Positions 11,521-23,976 of a DNA stretch of 64,000 nt are shown here, one piece after another; the first letter of the stretch is position 1, and the number at the start of each line of letters is the position of its first letter. The stretch covers positions 49,478,001 through 49,542,000 of the forward strand of contig NC_087447.1 of the NCBI RefSeq assembly GCF_036321535.1, given 5' to 3'. Source of the DNA: Camelus dromedarius (Eukaryota). The notes under the pieces are model-generated. The model did not search any database. It saw nothing but the letters and a program-made list of their open reading frames with translations, and had not been told where the DNA came from. Both the position numbers and the translations under genes were made by a program.

Positions 11521-12929
11521 CAATCCACACGAGGGCCACCTTGCTCCCTCCCTCCCCTTGCTCCTTCCACCCTGCCTCAGCACTCCCTCTTGTCCCATGG
11601 CCTCCAGAGCAGGTGGGGTGGGTAATGGGGGTCACAGAGAGAAAAGCAGCTATATTCTGGGGTCCTGCCTTCTGGAAGAATGTGCTCCTACTCATCCTCA
11701 CAAAAGTCAGCAGCAGGAGGCTTGGAGGGGACCAAAAACCTCCTGAGACCCAGAGAGCAAGTGGCAAAGCTGGATCTCAAATCCAGATTCCTTACTCCAA
11801 AACCATGGCCTTTCCAGCTGGTTGCCTCCAGGAGGTGCTAGGAGTAGCACTGTTCACGGGGTGTGGTGGGAGGGCATCAGGGTCCAGCTCAGGGGTACAG
11901 GTCTCAGAGCCTTTTCTAGACAATGAACACACTAATGCCTCCCACACCCAGTGAGGGGTAGGACCTTCAGGGTGATTCACAGCCCTGACAGACTTTTAAA
12001 CGCTTACTTTGTGAGGCCCCTTTGACTGCCCTGAAATTCAGACACCATGGAACTCCCAATTACTGTGACCACCAAGAAAAAGCTCTCATGGAGTCCCCAA
12101 GCACCCTCTGGTGATGAGAAGTGGTACTGTCTCAGTTGAAAACAGGTTCAAAGTTTTCATAGGTCAGGAAACTGTGTCTGGAGAAGGGCAAGGGCTGGTC
12201 CAAGGTAACAGGAAAGTTAACTCTTACTTTCTGTGAGCCAGGCTCTAACCTGGGCACTTCACATGTGCTAATTCCTGCTTCTTGTGGTCCTATGGTGCAG
12301 GCATTCCCATTATCCCAAGGTATAGGATGAGAAAACCAGGCACAGAGAAGCTGGAATTGGCCCAGGTTCCCACAGCTGCCAGGGAGCATGGAAGCCTGGC
12401 TCTGGAGCACGTCCTCTTAAAGGCAGGGCCTACTGTGGGGTCACAGGAGTGTCAGAGGAGGAGCAGGCACTGACTTTGACTCTTCCTCTCTGTTTCACCC
12501 CAGTTCAAATGTTTTGCTTTAGCAGTGGGCTCTGAGCCTCCTGCACAGCATGGTGGGCTTTCCTGCTGCCTTGTCCCTGCCCGCAGGCCCAGCTCTCCTC
12601 TCCCAACATCTTTCTCTCCTGGGCCTTCCTAACCCACAACCTGGTGGTGTCTTTCCAGGGCTTGGGATAAAAGTTCTGTCTTTTCAGCAAGATGCTTTCA
12701 GGCTCTTCAGGACTTGATCCCAACCAAGCACTCTCTTTTCACCAATCCTTTACATACCACCCCCCACCAAAAGGGTTAAAAATTGTTGCTATTAGTAACA
12801 TTACAGGTATTATATCCATTTCCCTGCAAGCTCCTCCCTACAAGGAGATAGGTCTTTGCCCATTTTCCCCTGGAATGGCTGCTTCGCCACCCCTCACCCT
12901 GGTCTTTAGGGCCCTCAGGTGGCACTCAC

Positions 12930-13075
12930 CATAGGAGCCCCGCGGTGACCAATGAGGGCAGGCTTGGGACCCAGGTCCTTTTTCTCCATGATGCAGGGAG
13001 AGGAGATGGTGAGAGGGGCCAGGTAGAGGGTAAACACGACGGCGAAGAAGGTACCAAGAATGGCCACCTGGGAGG
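12930..13075 (-). CDS. GDPD5: GDPD5 coding exon 7 ([10 protein letters not shown]...[12 protein letters not shown]); start of the GDPD domain, catalytic His233 at 12945-12947
   Basis: Contains the GDPD-family HRG motif. Acceptor tctgcag|CC, donor ATG|GTGAG, 146 nt (phase 1 to 0). Confidence 0.97.
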
Positions 13076-13449
13076 CTGCAGACATGGGCCCAACCATGAG
13101 CCCTGGGCAGCTAGGCAGGGCAAGCTGGACCCCTCCTCCCTCCACCTGTCAGAACCCAGATGCTCCAAGGGGACCCTGTACCAAGGAGAAACCTCATTCT
13201 TCCCAGGAAGGTGAACCTGGCCTCAAACACACAAATGTAAAGACACGGAAGAGGAAACATGCAAGGCCGAAGCTGCAACCTCTGTGGAACCTGCAGGCCA
13301 CGCTGACCAGGACCCCCTATGCTGACAGTGAGGGTCCCACAGTATCCCCAGGCCACCGGGTAATATCCAGGTTGGGGCAGGACAAGCTGGCCTTGGTACT
13401 TGGAGAACATGGTGGGGGTGAGGGGCAGGTCCTGCCCAGTTGTACTTAC

Positions 13450-13543
13450 AGGACCGCTCTGCACGGGCAAACTGTCCTGCCACAATCCAGGAGAGCGCAG
13501 TGATGGCGGCCAGGGCCCCCACATGTAGGAATGGCGCCGTGCC
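13450..13543 (-). CDS. GDPD5: GDPD5 coding exon 6 (GTAPFLHVGALAAITALSWIVAGQFARAERS)
   Basis: Acceptor caccag|GGC, donor T|GTAAG, 94 nt (phase 0 to 1). Confidence 0.96.
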
Positions 13544-13848
13544 CTGGTGTGCAGGAAAGGGCAAGAGAGATCACTGGCTCCCAGCTGTGCCTAAGCCCTC
13601 TGGTCACCCACATCCTCACAGCCTATCTATCCATGGGGCAGGCAACTCTGTGTCCATTTTTCCATGGAGGAAACTGGGAGTCCAGGGACCCTGGGTTGTA
13701 GTACCGTCTCTGCCTCTGAATTGCTATGTGATGTGGACCCCTCCCTACCCACTCTGGGCCTTGGTCTGGAAAAATGGGAGACGAGAAGGCACTGCCTTGT
13801 TTAGAGGGTCCTGGGGAAGCAGCTACCCAGCCCCCCACCCCCACTTAC

Positions 13849-13947
13849 CTTCAGGGAGATCAGCAGTATCTCCCACTCGTCCTCCCACAGCTGGGCCACG
13901 GCCGACATGGCCACTACCGTGGCCACCAGGACAACCACCAGCCCTAT
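13849..13947 (-). CDS. GDPD5: GDPD5 coding exon 5 (IGLVVVLVATVVAMSAVAQLWEDEWEILLISLK)
   Basis: Acceptor cttccag|ATA, donor AAG|GTAAG, 99 nt. Confidence 0.96.
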
Positions 13948-16914
13948 CTGGAAGGGGAAGAGCCACCAGAGGGTCAGGGCAGTGTCAGATCCTGGACAGC
14001 CCAAGGGTCCCCATGAGAGGGAGAGCAGAGGCAGAAAGACAGGGAGAGGCTGAGAGATGGACAGTGGAGAGTGTGAGAGAGGCTGACAAAGCAGGGCAGA
14101 GATAGGCACCAACTGAAAGAAAGCCAGAGGCAGCCAGACAGACTACCGACTGTGCAAGGGACAGAAGTAGGAGGAGGCAGGCAGACCCAGCGAATAAGGG
14201 AGGGTGGAGAGGAGAGGAGACCAATGCGCTGGAGCTGGGTAAGACAGAGGCAGAGCCCCCGGGCTCAGGGTGTGAGGAGGGAAGACCCTCAGCAAATGGG
14301 GGCCTCCACGAGCCCAGCAAGTCCCGTCCCAGGCCCCGCCCAGCCCTCCCAGCCACCTTTCATCAAGCATGACAGATGAGGAAACAGGGGCTCCACTGGA
14401 GGTAGTGAAGGGTGACTTGCCCAGGCCACAGGGTAAAAGGCTAAGGAGCCAGGCCCTTTAGGAGCCTGATGCTCAGCCCAGCCCAGCCCACTCCTCAACC
14501 CTGGTCTTCAGGCTGGACCAAGCAGAGTTGTGAAGCAGGGGTCTGGCCCACCTGCCCCGTTGCCAAGGCTTACTCAGTCCCAGCCACCAGCTTCCAGATT
14601 CTGCTATGCAAGCTGCCCTCCCAGAGAAAGTGGGGAGCACAACTCTGATGCAAGACTAGACAGAACCCTCGCAAGACAGAAAGCTTTGGGGACAGATGGG
14701 ATCTGAAATGTGTAACACAAGATGCTAAGTGATGCCTAGTTTCCGGCTACTCAGCCCTCAGGGCTTCCCTCTTGGGCCCTGGATCTCACTCTGCCTACCC
14801 TCTCCACACCACCAGGCCTGCTCAGGTCACACCTCTACCACGAAGCCTTCTAAAGCGCCACTGTCATAAGGGGCCAGCCAAGACCACCACACCCAGCCCT
14901 CCTGACCCCCTGGTGCCTGCCTCCAGCTGTTCTCTGTGCCAGCAGGGCCCTCGCTCCTTTTCTCTTCATGCAGTGCCTTTCCTGGAGGCAGCAGCATTCT
15001 GAGAACCCTCCCAACGACTGAACAAGCTCTAAATTGAGTTTCTAGCTGGTAAGGCCAGAGACAGAGGCTAATCCATCTTTGTTGGCTGCCAGGCGGGGAA
15101 GATTCATTTTGTCTGGGATTAGGTTTTCCTTTGGAGGTTTGTGGTTCCAGCCCATCAGCCTGAAAACAAATGTTCCAATAAGAAGCAGTAATAAGTCTGG
15201 AATGGGCAGGGGCCCTATGGACTGAAGTGCCATCCTGGAGGACATGGGAGGAAGAGAAATGACAGTGTGCAGAGGGCCCCAGTGGGCCTGGGTCTGTGGG
15301 AGGCACTTTCCTTGTTCTTCATGTTTGTTCTCGTAAAATCCCAGTTGAGGTGTTATCATCTTCATTTTACACGTAGGAAAATGGGGCTTGGAGAGCAGAA
15401 GGGTTTGCTTGGTCATGTAGCTTTGAGAGGGTGGATCCAGAAGCGAACCCCATTCTGCCTGTCTGGGAGGTTGTGCTCTTTCTGGGCTACAGTGTCCCTG
15501 GGAATCCGCCCTGCCCTCCCCCGCCAGCAACACACAGGCTCCCTGCAAGCACCTCTGAAGGGTCATCTCTGGGAGTGTTCTATTACAGTTATTTAACTGC
15601 TTGTGGAAATACTTGTAATAAAACTGATTTCCCAGAATCCTAACGCAATTAAAATTTTTATTCTCTCTGTGCTCTGCAGTTGCTGTAGTGGCACCCATCA
15701 TGCTGCGCAGCATTATTACAATGTTCAACATCTGTGGGATTTCCCCATACACAGCCTTAAGCCATGATAACAGCACTGACTCCCAACAACGTGACCACCA
15801 TTCCTCAAATCTGACTGGAAAGGATACATCCCACCCAGAAGGCCCAGGGCAGCCCACTGTCCTCCTCTGAGAAAGCAGTCTTTGGTTTTCTGTGCTGGAG
15901 GAACTGTGGTTTGTGAGGACAGCAGGAGGGGTGGAGGACTCAGGAGGTACCCGTGTGGGGACCTGGGAGGAGTGGGAACCCAGCCTTGCCAACAGGTTGG
16001 CCTCTTGTGGGGGGTGGTTAGAATCTGGGTTCTGTGGTCCAAATGGCAGCCGGTTGGCCCAGGGTTCAGGGACACACTTATATCACCTCCCTCGATGACT
16101 GTGTTAGCAGGGGTGGTTTACCTCTCCAAGTGTGTTTCCTGAGCTGTGAAATGGGGAGAATGAACACCTACCTGAAAGAGGTTTGGAAAGAAAAATGAGA
16201 AAATGCAAGCGAAGAGTTTTAGCATCATGGCTTTGCAGATGCAAAATAGCAAATGCTTACTAAATGTTAGTGGGATAATTTTCAATTTTAATTTTTAAAA
16301 GTGGGCATAATATCAAATGAACAGGATTATTACAAGGAGTAAAGAAAATACAGTGTGGAAAGCGCCTCACATGTAACCCAATAAATGATAGTTTTGGCAC
16401 AGTGCCTGACATGCAGTATGAGTGTGCCTTCCTGAGCTGCAGCTGGAGGGATTGAGGCTAGACACCAGGAAGAACTGTGGATCCTGGGCCGGTTGTTTGG
16501 AGGGCAGTCTGGATTCATTGGGGGTATTAACGGGGAAAAGACAGCCTGAAGAGGCAGGAGCTGTGCTCAGAGCCCCTCACCATGGTGGTCTCTGAGCTGA
16601 TTGTAGAGTAGTGGGGTTAGGAAGGGAGGTACCTCAGGGAAACCACCTCCTATTTGCTGTAAAACCCCCCCAGCACCCTTCAACCCTCTTCTTCCTGCCC
16701 TGGGTCCCTGGACTTCTGGAGGCTCAGCAGCAAGGGGTTTCCGGGAAATAGGAGTTTTGGGAGGACTGGGGAGGAGGGGCAAGGCCCCAAGTGGACACTG
16801 GATCTGCTCATAGGACCCAACCTGCTGCAAATGGTTCCCTCCCTGCACTGCCCTGAGGTCCTCTGTCCTTCAGGCCTCCCTTACTCAGGACTCGGGGGGG
16901 ACCAGAGACTTGAA

Positions 16915-17865
16915 ATAAAGATTGTGATGAAAACATAGCATAAAACTGTAGCATTAAGTATGGTACTGGTATATGACCACAGAGATAGATAAAAGTAAAT
17001 AAAAAGCTTAGAAACAAGTCTAAACACATAAAAATATTTAGTATATGATAAAAGTGGCATCTCAAATTAGAGGGGAAAGGATGGATTACCCAGTAGAGAG
17101 GTGGGAACACTGGGAAGCCATCTAAAAAGCAAAAAGTAAGGTCACACTATGCCCTTCCATAAGTTGAAATGTTAAAAAAGTAGAAACATAATTATCAAAT
17201 GATACTGCAAAGAAATTTTTTATAATCTTGGAGTGGAAAAGCCTTTTCTGACACAAAACCCAGGAGTCATAAAAGAGATGACAGAATCTTTAAGAATAAA
17301 AAATCGTTAAAGATAAAAAAATATCCGAGGGCAAAAATATAACCAGCAGAGTCAAAAAATGAATGACAAACTAGGAAGGATTATTTGCAGTTCATCAGCC
17401 AAAGGCCTCATTTTCTGTATCTATACAGAGCTCCTGCAAATGAATAAGCAAAAAGCAAATCTTGCAGCAAAAAGGGCAAAAGATATGAAGAGACAGTTTA
17501 TAGAAAAGGAAATGCAAATGACGTAAGCAGGTGAAAAATGCCAAATCTAACTCATCATAAGGGAAATGCAAATTAAAACTACACGGAGTTATTACCCCTT
17601 TCCCTTATCGAACTGGCAAAGTCAAGAAATCTCTGGACACTTTATGGACAAGGGTATTTTTATAGGCGCAGTCATGCATTACTGAGGGACCATGAATTGG
17701 TGGCACCTGGCAAGGAGGCAATTTGGCAAGAACTATCCAAATTAGAAAAGTACACACTTTTAACCCAGCAATTCCCCCACGCAGGTCACTGCCACATTGT
17801 CCTGGCAACGAACTGAAAGTGACTGGGATGTCGATCAGGCCCATCAACAGGGGACTGGCTAGATA
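16915..17865 (+). mobile_element. Degenerate L1M fragment (ORF2 3' part)
   Basis: A-rich; motifs ggtactggtat, gggaaatgcaaattaaaactacac, acccagcaattcc typical of the L1 ORF2 3' region. Confidence 0.8.
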
Positions 17866-19611
17866 CCTCGGGAACTAGGGATTAGGTTGTGGGACAGGAG
17901 TAAGGGATGAACACTGATGAGAATGCTCTTAATGTCCTGAAGGGAAGGGAGCTTAAAATATCTCTGGAAAGGTAACAGGGAGATTTACATTTTGAGCTTT
18001 TTTGGCAGCTTTTAAATTTTGAACCCTGTCAATGTATTAAAGGTCAAAAATTGGTTAAAACAAAACAAATACGGAATCCTTAGGATTTTAGAATCAAATG
18101 ATAGAATCTTAGAAATAGATGAGTAGACTTTCAGGCCCTACTTGAACACTCTGAGACCCACTCCCTCCTGGCACAGTGGGTCCAGCTATGGACCAGCTCT
18201 GCCTGGGGACTGTCCTCGTGCTGAGATCTCTTGAGAGGGATCATAGGGGAGAGGAAGGCAGGACTGGCACCCTGGGAGCTGGCACCAGTGCAGATGAAGG
18301 GATCTGAGTCCCCTGCCCCCAGGAGAAGACCCCCTGCACTGATCTGCTGGCCTGACTGGCTTGGCGCCTCCAGACGCCTCTCCACTAGGATCAAGGAGGT
18401 GCGCCCTGGCCTGCTGAGAGCTAGGCGTGCCCCAGAGGTGTGCCAGCCCCTGCCTGGGTGCCAGCGGGTGCAGTTCTTTCAAGTGTTAGCTTTGCAGCTG
18501 GGAGAAGAAAGTCCCTCACAGAGGGGACTTCAGAAGCCCAGAGGAGACCTTAGGCAAGAGTGACAAGCAGGAGGAAGGTAGGAGGGGACCAGGGGTGGCT
18601 TGCTGTTCTTCATCCCTCCAGGACTCCAGTCACCTGGGTCTGGCTCCCTATCTCCAGATTTCAGAGCCCACCCCCCGCCCCAGATGCCCACAGGCACCTC
18701 CCATTCCATGCAGCCCAACCAGGCTCACCAGGTCCTTCTTCTGATTCCTGCTCCATATCCTGCTAGCTGGAAGTGAGCCCCTCCCCTCAGAGTCACTCTG
18801 GACCCATCTCATGGGGTCATGGTTATTTCTGGGCATTTCTTGCCCCTCCTAAGTGGCATGACCACTCTGAGCCAGGTTTGGGGAAAAGAGATGTCCCTGG
18901 CTTCCCTCCAAGGCCCAGGTGCTCCTGGGAGAGAGGGGCTCTCTGTTGGTCAGCTCTGTGCCACCCCTGTGCCCACTGGGGCCTCAGGAAGGGCAGGCAT
19001 CAGCCCCACGCATTCAGCACCATGTGTGCCATGAACAATGAGTGAGAGCCAAGGCTCTGGAAGGGATGGAGCCTCTCTGCTTTGGGCTCAGCCCTGCGTG
19101 GGGCACTGGGGACACGGAGATGAATGATCGATTCTGGTCTGCATAGAGCTCCCAGATCAGAGAGGGTTGGGGTCAGGGAGCCAGATGGAAATGGACAACA
19201 AGATGCCAGGACTGTGGCAGGGGCTGCAGGGGCTGGGGGAGCCTGAGAAGCCTCGTGTAGGTGGAGAGCCAAGGAAGAGTCGGAAAGTGAGAGGGAGGGC
19301 AGGAGCGCAGGGGTAAAGCAGAGAAGAGGCAGACAACTGGGAGGGCCTGAGATGTCTCATGGCAGGAGCTGAGGGTGAGGATCTGGTGACAGCAGTTGGG
19401 GAGACATCAGTGGTGCCAAGTCATAAAAGGCCTTAATGCCAGGTTGGGGGGTGTGGATCATCCTGGGAGTACTGGAAGTGGTGGGAAGGGCTTTAAATTG
19501 GGAATAATATCACTGGATCAGAGTTTTGAATGAGCTCACTGAAGAGAGGGTGAGACCGTAGGCAGAGCCAGCCAGAGGGCCGGAGCTGTGCCCTGTGCTG
19601 GTTAATCACAG

Positions 19612-19815
19612 CTACAGAGCTAGCATCCTGGAGCCTTCCCTTCTTAAGTGGGAGGTCTAGGCAAGTTACTTTACCTTTTTGTACCTCAGTTTTCCCAACT
19701 GCAAAATGAGATAACAGTACCCATGTCATAGGGCTGGTGTGAGGGTTAAATGAGTTACTAAGTCTAGACCGTGAGAACAGTGCTGGACACACAGTGGGTC
19801 CTCAGTGTTAGCTAC
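19612..19815 (+). mobile_element. MIR SINE (representative; many more MIR fragments, e.g. near 8630-8760, 16100-16270, 26735-26910, 46255-46485, 47965-48150)
   Basis: MIR core: ggcaagttactt...cctcagttttccc..ctgcaaaatg.gataacagtacc...gtgagggttaaatgag. Confidence 0.75.
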
Positions 19816-19930
19816 CAGAACAGTTACAATCATGATCCAGGGGAGAGAAGACGTGTCCAGGCTCTTTCTCTGCTGCTGCGGCCTCCGGCCTCCCCCCACC
19901 TCCCCCAGCCTCCGTGTAAGCAGCCCCTAC

Positions 19931-19990
19931 CTTGTGCAGCCAGTGCAGGTTCATCTGTTGCCCCACAGCGATGTGACATAGTGCCAGGAC
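19931..19990 (-). CDS. GDPD5: GDPD5 coding exon 4 (VLALCHIAVGQQMNLHWLHK)
   Basis: Translated by hand. Acceptor ctgtttag|GTC, donor AAG|GTAGG, 60 nt. Confidence 0.95.
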
Positions 19991-20152
19991 CTAAACAGGG
20001 GACCCGCAGGGCAAGAGTCAGGCACCATATGTGACCCGAGTGTTTCTGCCAGTTCCCCAGACACCATTCTCCCCACTGCTCTCTGGGCCTGTCTCAAGCA
20101 GTCAGCAAACCCTCCCTGTAGGCGACGACAGTGCTCAGCCCAGCCCAAGCCT

Positions 20153-20204
20153 GGCCTCCTCCCAGATTATTCCAGGCCTCCTCCCAGATTATTCCAGGCC
20201 TCCA
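20153..20204. repeat. 22-bp direct tandem duplication (GGCCTCCTCCCAGATTATTCCA x2 plus a partial copy)
   Basis: Exact copies at 20153-20174 and 20175-20196. Confidence 0.9.
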
Positions 20205-20647
20205 GGCTCCTATTCCTCTAGGATTCTTCCCTCAAGAGGTCATTGGGCCCTCCTGCACTTGGACTACCTAGTTAATCTTTTGGGCGTTCCAAAGCCTAGG
20301 ATTCTGAAGCAGACTTGAACCTTGTCCCCAAAAAGCCCCCAGTCCAGCACGAAACTGACCTGAGTCTGGGACCAAAGCAGAAGATCCTGGAAGAGGAAGT
20401 CTGCAGTGGGCCTTAACGGTGGGATGGCTCCCATGGGGTCGGGGGAAAACATGCCAGGATGGGGCAAAACAAGGTGACCTTCCACCTTGAAGGAAGCAAG
20501 CCCCAGAGGTGCAGCAGCCCAAGAGGCTCAAAGAAAAGCCAGCTGTCTTCCTTAGTCCAGGGCGGGCCCCTCCATCAGCCCGGCCCAGGCCAGGTCTCTT
20601 TCTCCCTGGGAGCAGGGCCACCTGCCCCCTGAGAGAGTCCCACATAC

Positions 20648-20741
20648 CAGGAGGCCCGCAACGTAAGTGAAGGCAGCGGCTGTGGTTATGAGGATGGGCA
20701 CAGACCAGTCACTCCAGTAGCCCATTCGGTTGTAGAGGTAC
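20648..20741 (-). CDS. GDPD5: GDPD5 coding exon 3 (YLYNRMGYWSDWSVPILITTAAAFTYVAGLL)
   Basis: Translated by hand (not in the ORF track). Acceptor ggcag|G, donor CTG|GTATG, 94 nt (phase 2 to 0). Confidence 0.95.
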
Positions 20742-23700
20742 CTGCCGGGAGAAGGGGCAGGGATCAGATCTCCACCAGGGAGCCAGGATGCTCCCTCAGG
20801 CCGGGCAGCTCTCAGCTCTCACATGGCCGGACTCAGTGACCAGGCCCTGCTCACTCAGGAATGATGTCATTGCTTCCCTGAGCATCAGTCAGGCCTGTGT
20901 TGGGGGGGGGGCGCTCACAGGGGACCCCTGGGCATGCCAAGAAGCATAAAAAAGAAAACGCTTCCCGCTAATTATACTACCCAGAAGCAACCATCACCAA
21001 AATTTCACTGACTTCTTCCAGTGGGTTTGGCCCCCTATGCTGAGACTTACGTAAAGAGCAAAGCTGGGACCCCACTGTGTACAGCAGCGGTCGGAGTGCG
21101 GGCTTTGGAGAGAGGTGCACATGGGTTCAAATCCCCACTCTATCTCTGACTGGCTTGCAGGAGTCTGTGGAGAGGTGACATGCTCCCCTGATTCTAAGAT
21201 GCCATCAATTGTGACATTCTTCTCAATTTCAATGTGAAAATGTGACAAGACGAGATCTTAGGATTGATAAAAATGTAATACCCGACTTCCCTGAGCCTTG
21301 GTTTCCTCCTTTACAGGATGGGGAGAGCAGAGTGCCTTTCACAGGGTTTCCTGAGGATGAAGTGAGGTGAGGCATGTGATAAGTACTCAATTCTCCTCTT
21401 CTTACTAACCCAAGCATTTGCTGATGTCAGTCAAATCCTGAGGAAACGTGATTTTTTTAACAATCACGCGGTCTTCTATTGAATGAATGTACTGTATGAA
21501 GCCAGCTTCCTACTAACAATTAATAGTTACCAATTATTCGCTATTATAAATTAACATAAAAAAATTTTTTTTGCACATACCTTTCTGTACTACTAATTAT
21601 TTCCATAGAATAGACTTCTACAAACGGAATTACATGGTCAAAGGGAATTAACTTTTTAAGGTTACTGATAGATCCTGCTTAGTGGTTCTCCAGAAAGACT
21701 GAACCACCCACATCCTCCCTGTATAACAGGGGAAACTGAGGCTCAGAGAAGGCAGCAATTTGTTCAGGGTCATCAGAGAAACTGAGGCGGCGCCAGGCAG
21801 CTTTAGGCCTGCTGCCCTCTTGGGCTTGGGCTGGGAGGGGACACCAGGAGGACATGATGGGGTATCTGCTATCCCCCGTACCCTTCCCTGGCCCTCACCC
21901 TCCGATTCCACGGGAACGCCTATTGCCTGGAAGATCACTGAGCGCTCTCTTCTTCCTGCACACTTAGGGAAACAGAGGCTCAAAGTGGGGCAGGACCTTC
22001 CCCTGGCAACTGCTCCTGCCAGATGTTCCAGCTCCATTGTCTCTCCCTTTTGACGGAGAGCCCCCTGCATAGCAACAGCCCAGGTCCCTCCCTGGGTTTC
22101 CTCATCCAGCCCTGACCATCTGGGTCTTGCTCACCTCCTCTTATGACATAAATTATCCCCAGAGACTCTCCAGACCATCAAGTCTGGGCCATGTTCTCCC
22201 AAATCCCAGCATTGGCTCCACAAAATGGAGGTGACAGGCAAGGGGAGCTGCAGGTCCCCAAGCCATCCCTAAGCCTAGGCAGGCCTTCCCTCTGCAGCCT
22301 CCCCAATGGAGCAGGCACCTGTCCTCTGCTTGAGCTGCCCAGTGACAGGGGGCTCACACTCTGGGCAGAGCCGGGTAGCTCCATGGACAGCATGAGACAG
22401 TCAGGCAGGTTCAAGTCCCTGACCCAGATCTGACTGCATCTTGCTGTGTAACTTTGGAAAGGCTACTTAACCTCTCTGAGCCTCAGTCTCAGATTGTCCT
22501 CAATGTGTACATTTGACACTGACTGGCTGTGTGGCCATGGGTGATTCTTGCCCTTCTCTGGGCCTTAGCTCCCCTATCTGTACATGATAGGGTGGTCCCT
22601 GTGATCATCGGGGCAGCAGAACTGCAGTTCAGCAGAACTGTCCAAGGTCTGCAGTTGAGGGCCAGCAGGGAATGCTCCTATTTGCCGACAGCAGTCCTGT
22701 GCTTTGGATACCTGCAAAGATGAATAATTGATTTACGGCATTTAATAAAGGCCAGAGGCCACCTCTGGGACTCAGCTGGGGCTCTGGCTCATCTTGCCAG
22801 GCTGCAGTTGGATGGCATCCCCTCCTTTATGGGGCTGATTTATAAAAATGCCAGCCCAGTGCTATGCAGAGGGGAGCGGATGCCCAGGCTCTGTGAACCA
22901 AATCTTAGGATCATCACAAAATCCTAGAACCACAGCCCATCAGAAGCCCAGAGTCCAGAAATTCTAAATTCTAACATCATGGCCACCTTCCAGCCAGAGA
23001 TTCAGCCTCCTAGGAAGCAGCCCTCAGGTTTAGGTGAGCTTGGAGCTCTCTCATGTCCATCATCTCATCTCATCCTCGAAAAGACCTGATGAGGTTGGAG
23101 TTGTCCCATTTTACAGTTGAGGAAACTGAGCCCGAGAGAGGAGTCACACTTAGTGTGCTCATGGTCACACTGAGCTGAACTAACCAAAAGGAAAAGACAG
23201 CACTGGATGGGGAGTGAGGAGGCCTGGCTGCCAAGCCCCAACTCTGCCCCAACCTGGCTGTGTGACCTTGGGTCTCAGTTTCCACATTTGCTGATGAGGG
23301 AGTTCCCAAAGGAACCCAGGGAACTTCCCCTCCTCCCATGCTTTTCACTGTGGGGGGCAGGGGGTGACGAACAAACAGGTGCCCTTGTGCACCCAGGTCC
23401 CAGCCTCAGCCCTGCCCTTGGACCTGAGGCTGGGCCCACAGAGGACCCTGAACCGTCCCAGAACTACAGCACCTGCCAGCCCTGCCCAAGGGCCTGCTCA
23501 GGGAGTTAGGTGGCCTCAGGTCTGGAGCTACTTCCTCTACTGAGGCCTTGGTCTCTCTAGGCCTTGGAGTCCTTGTCTACAAAGGGGTCCAGAGGCCCCT
23601 GCCCCTGCTGAGCGCAGCCCCCATCTTACATTCCTATTTTCCATGACAGCAACACCAGGAAGGAGTTCCCTGTTCTCCCCAGCTGGTCTCTGTTCCTGCT

Positions 23701-23872
23701 AAGCCTTCCCTCTTTCCAGAGGACTATGCCCCCAGGGCTACAGAGCCTGTGGCCAGTGGAGGCAGAGCCCTGAGGACCAGCCTGGGAGAGCAGCTCAAAC
23801 CCAAATCCCGGTGTTAGTCACCGGATGCCTGGGCCCAGGCCCCCAACCCCCATACCCCGGATCCCCACTCAC

Positions 23873-23976
23873 CAGTTGAATTCATCATAGTCATTGTGGA
23901 CTTCCCACCAGAAGTAGAGCCATGTGAGCGTGAGGCCGAAGGTGAAGGTGAGGAGCAGGAACCAGAGGCGCTCCCA
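23873..23976 (-). CDS. GDPD5: GDPD5 coding exon 2 (WERLWFLLLTFTFGLTLTWLYFWWEVHNDYDEFN-W), TM1
   Basis: Acceptor cctccag|TGG, donor TG|GTGAG, 104 nt (phase 0 to 2). Confidence 0.97.

Noticed and set aside
13440..14105. 221-aa plus-strand ORF (also 23896-24579, 27443-28099 and minus-strand 57328-58032)
   Set aside because: These are antisense shadows of exons or GC-rich intronic frames with low-complexity P/G/S/R composition and no family resemblance.
15042..15992. Longest ORF in the track (316 aa, minus strand)
   Set aside because: It is intronic, has no recognisable domain, runs through MIR-like sequence (~15340-15430), and GDPD5 exon phases are complete without it; most likely a chance open frame.
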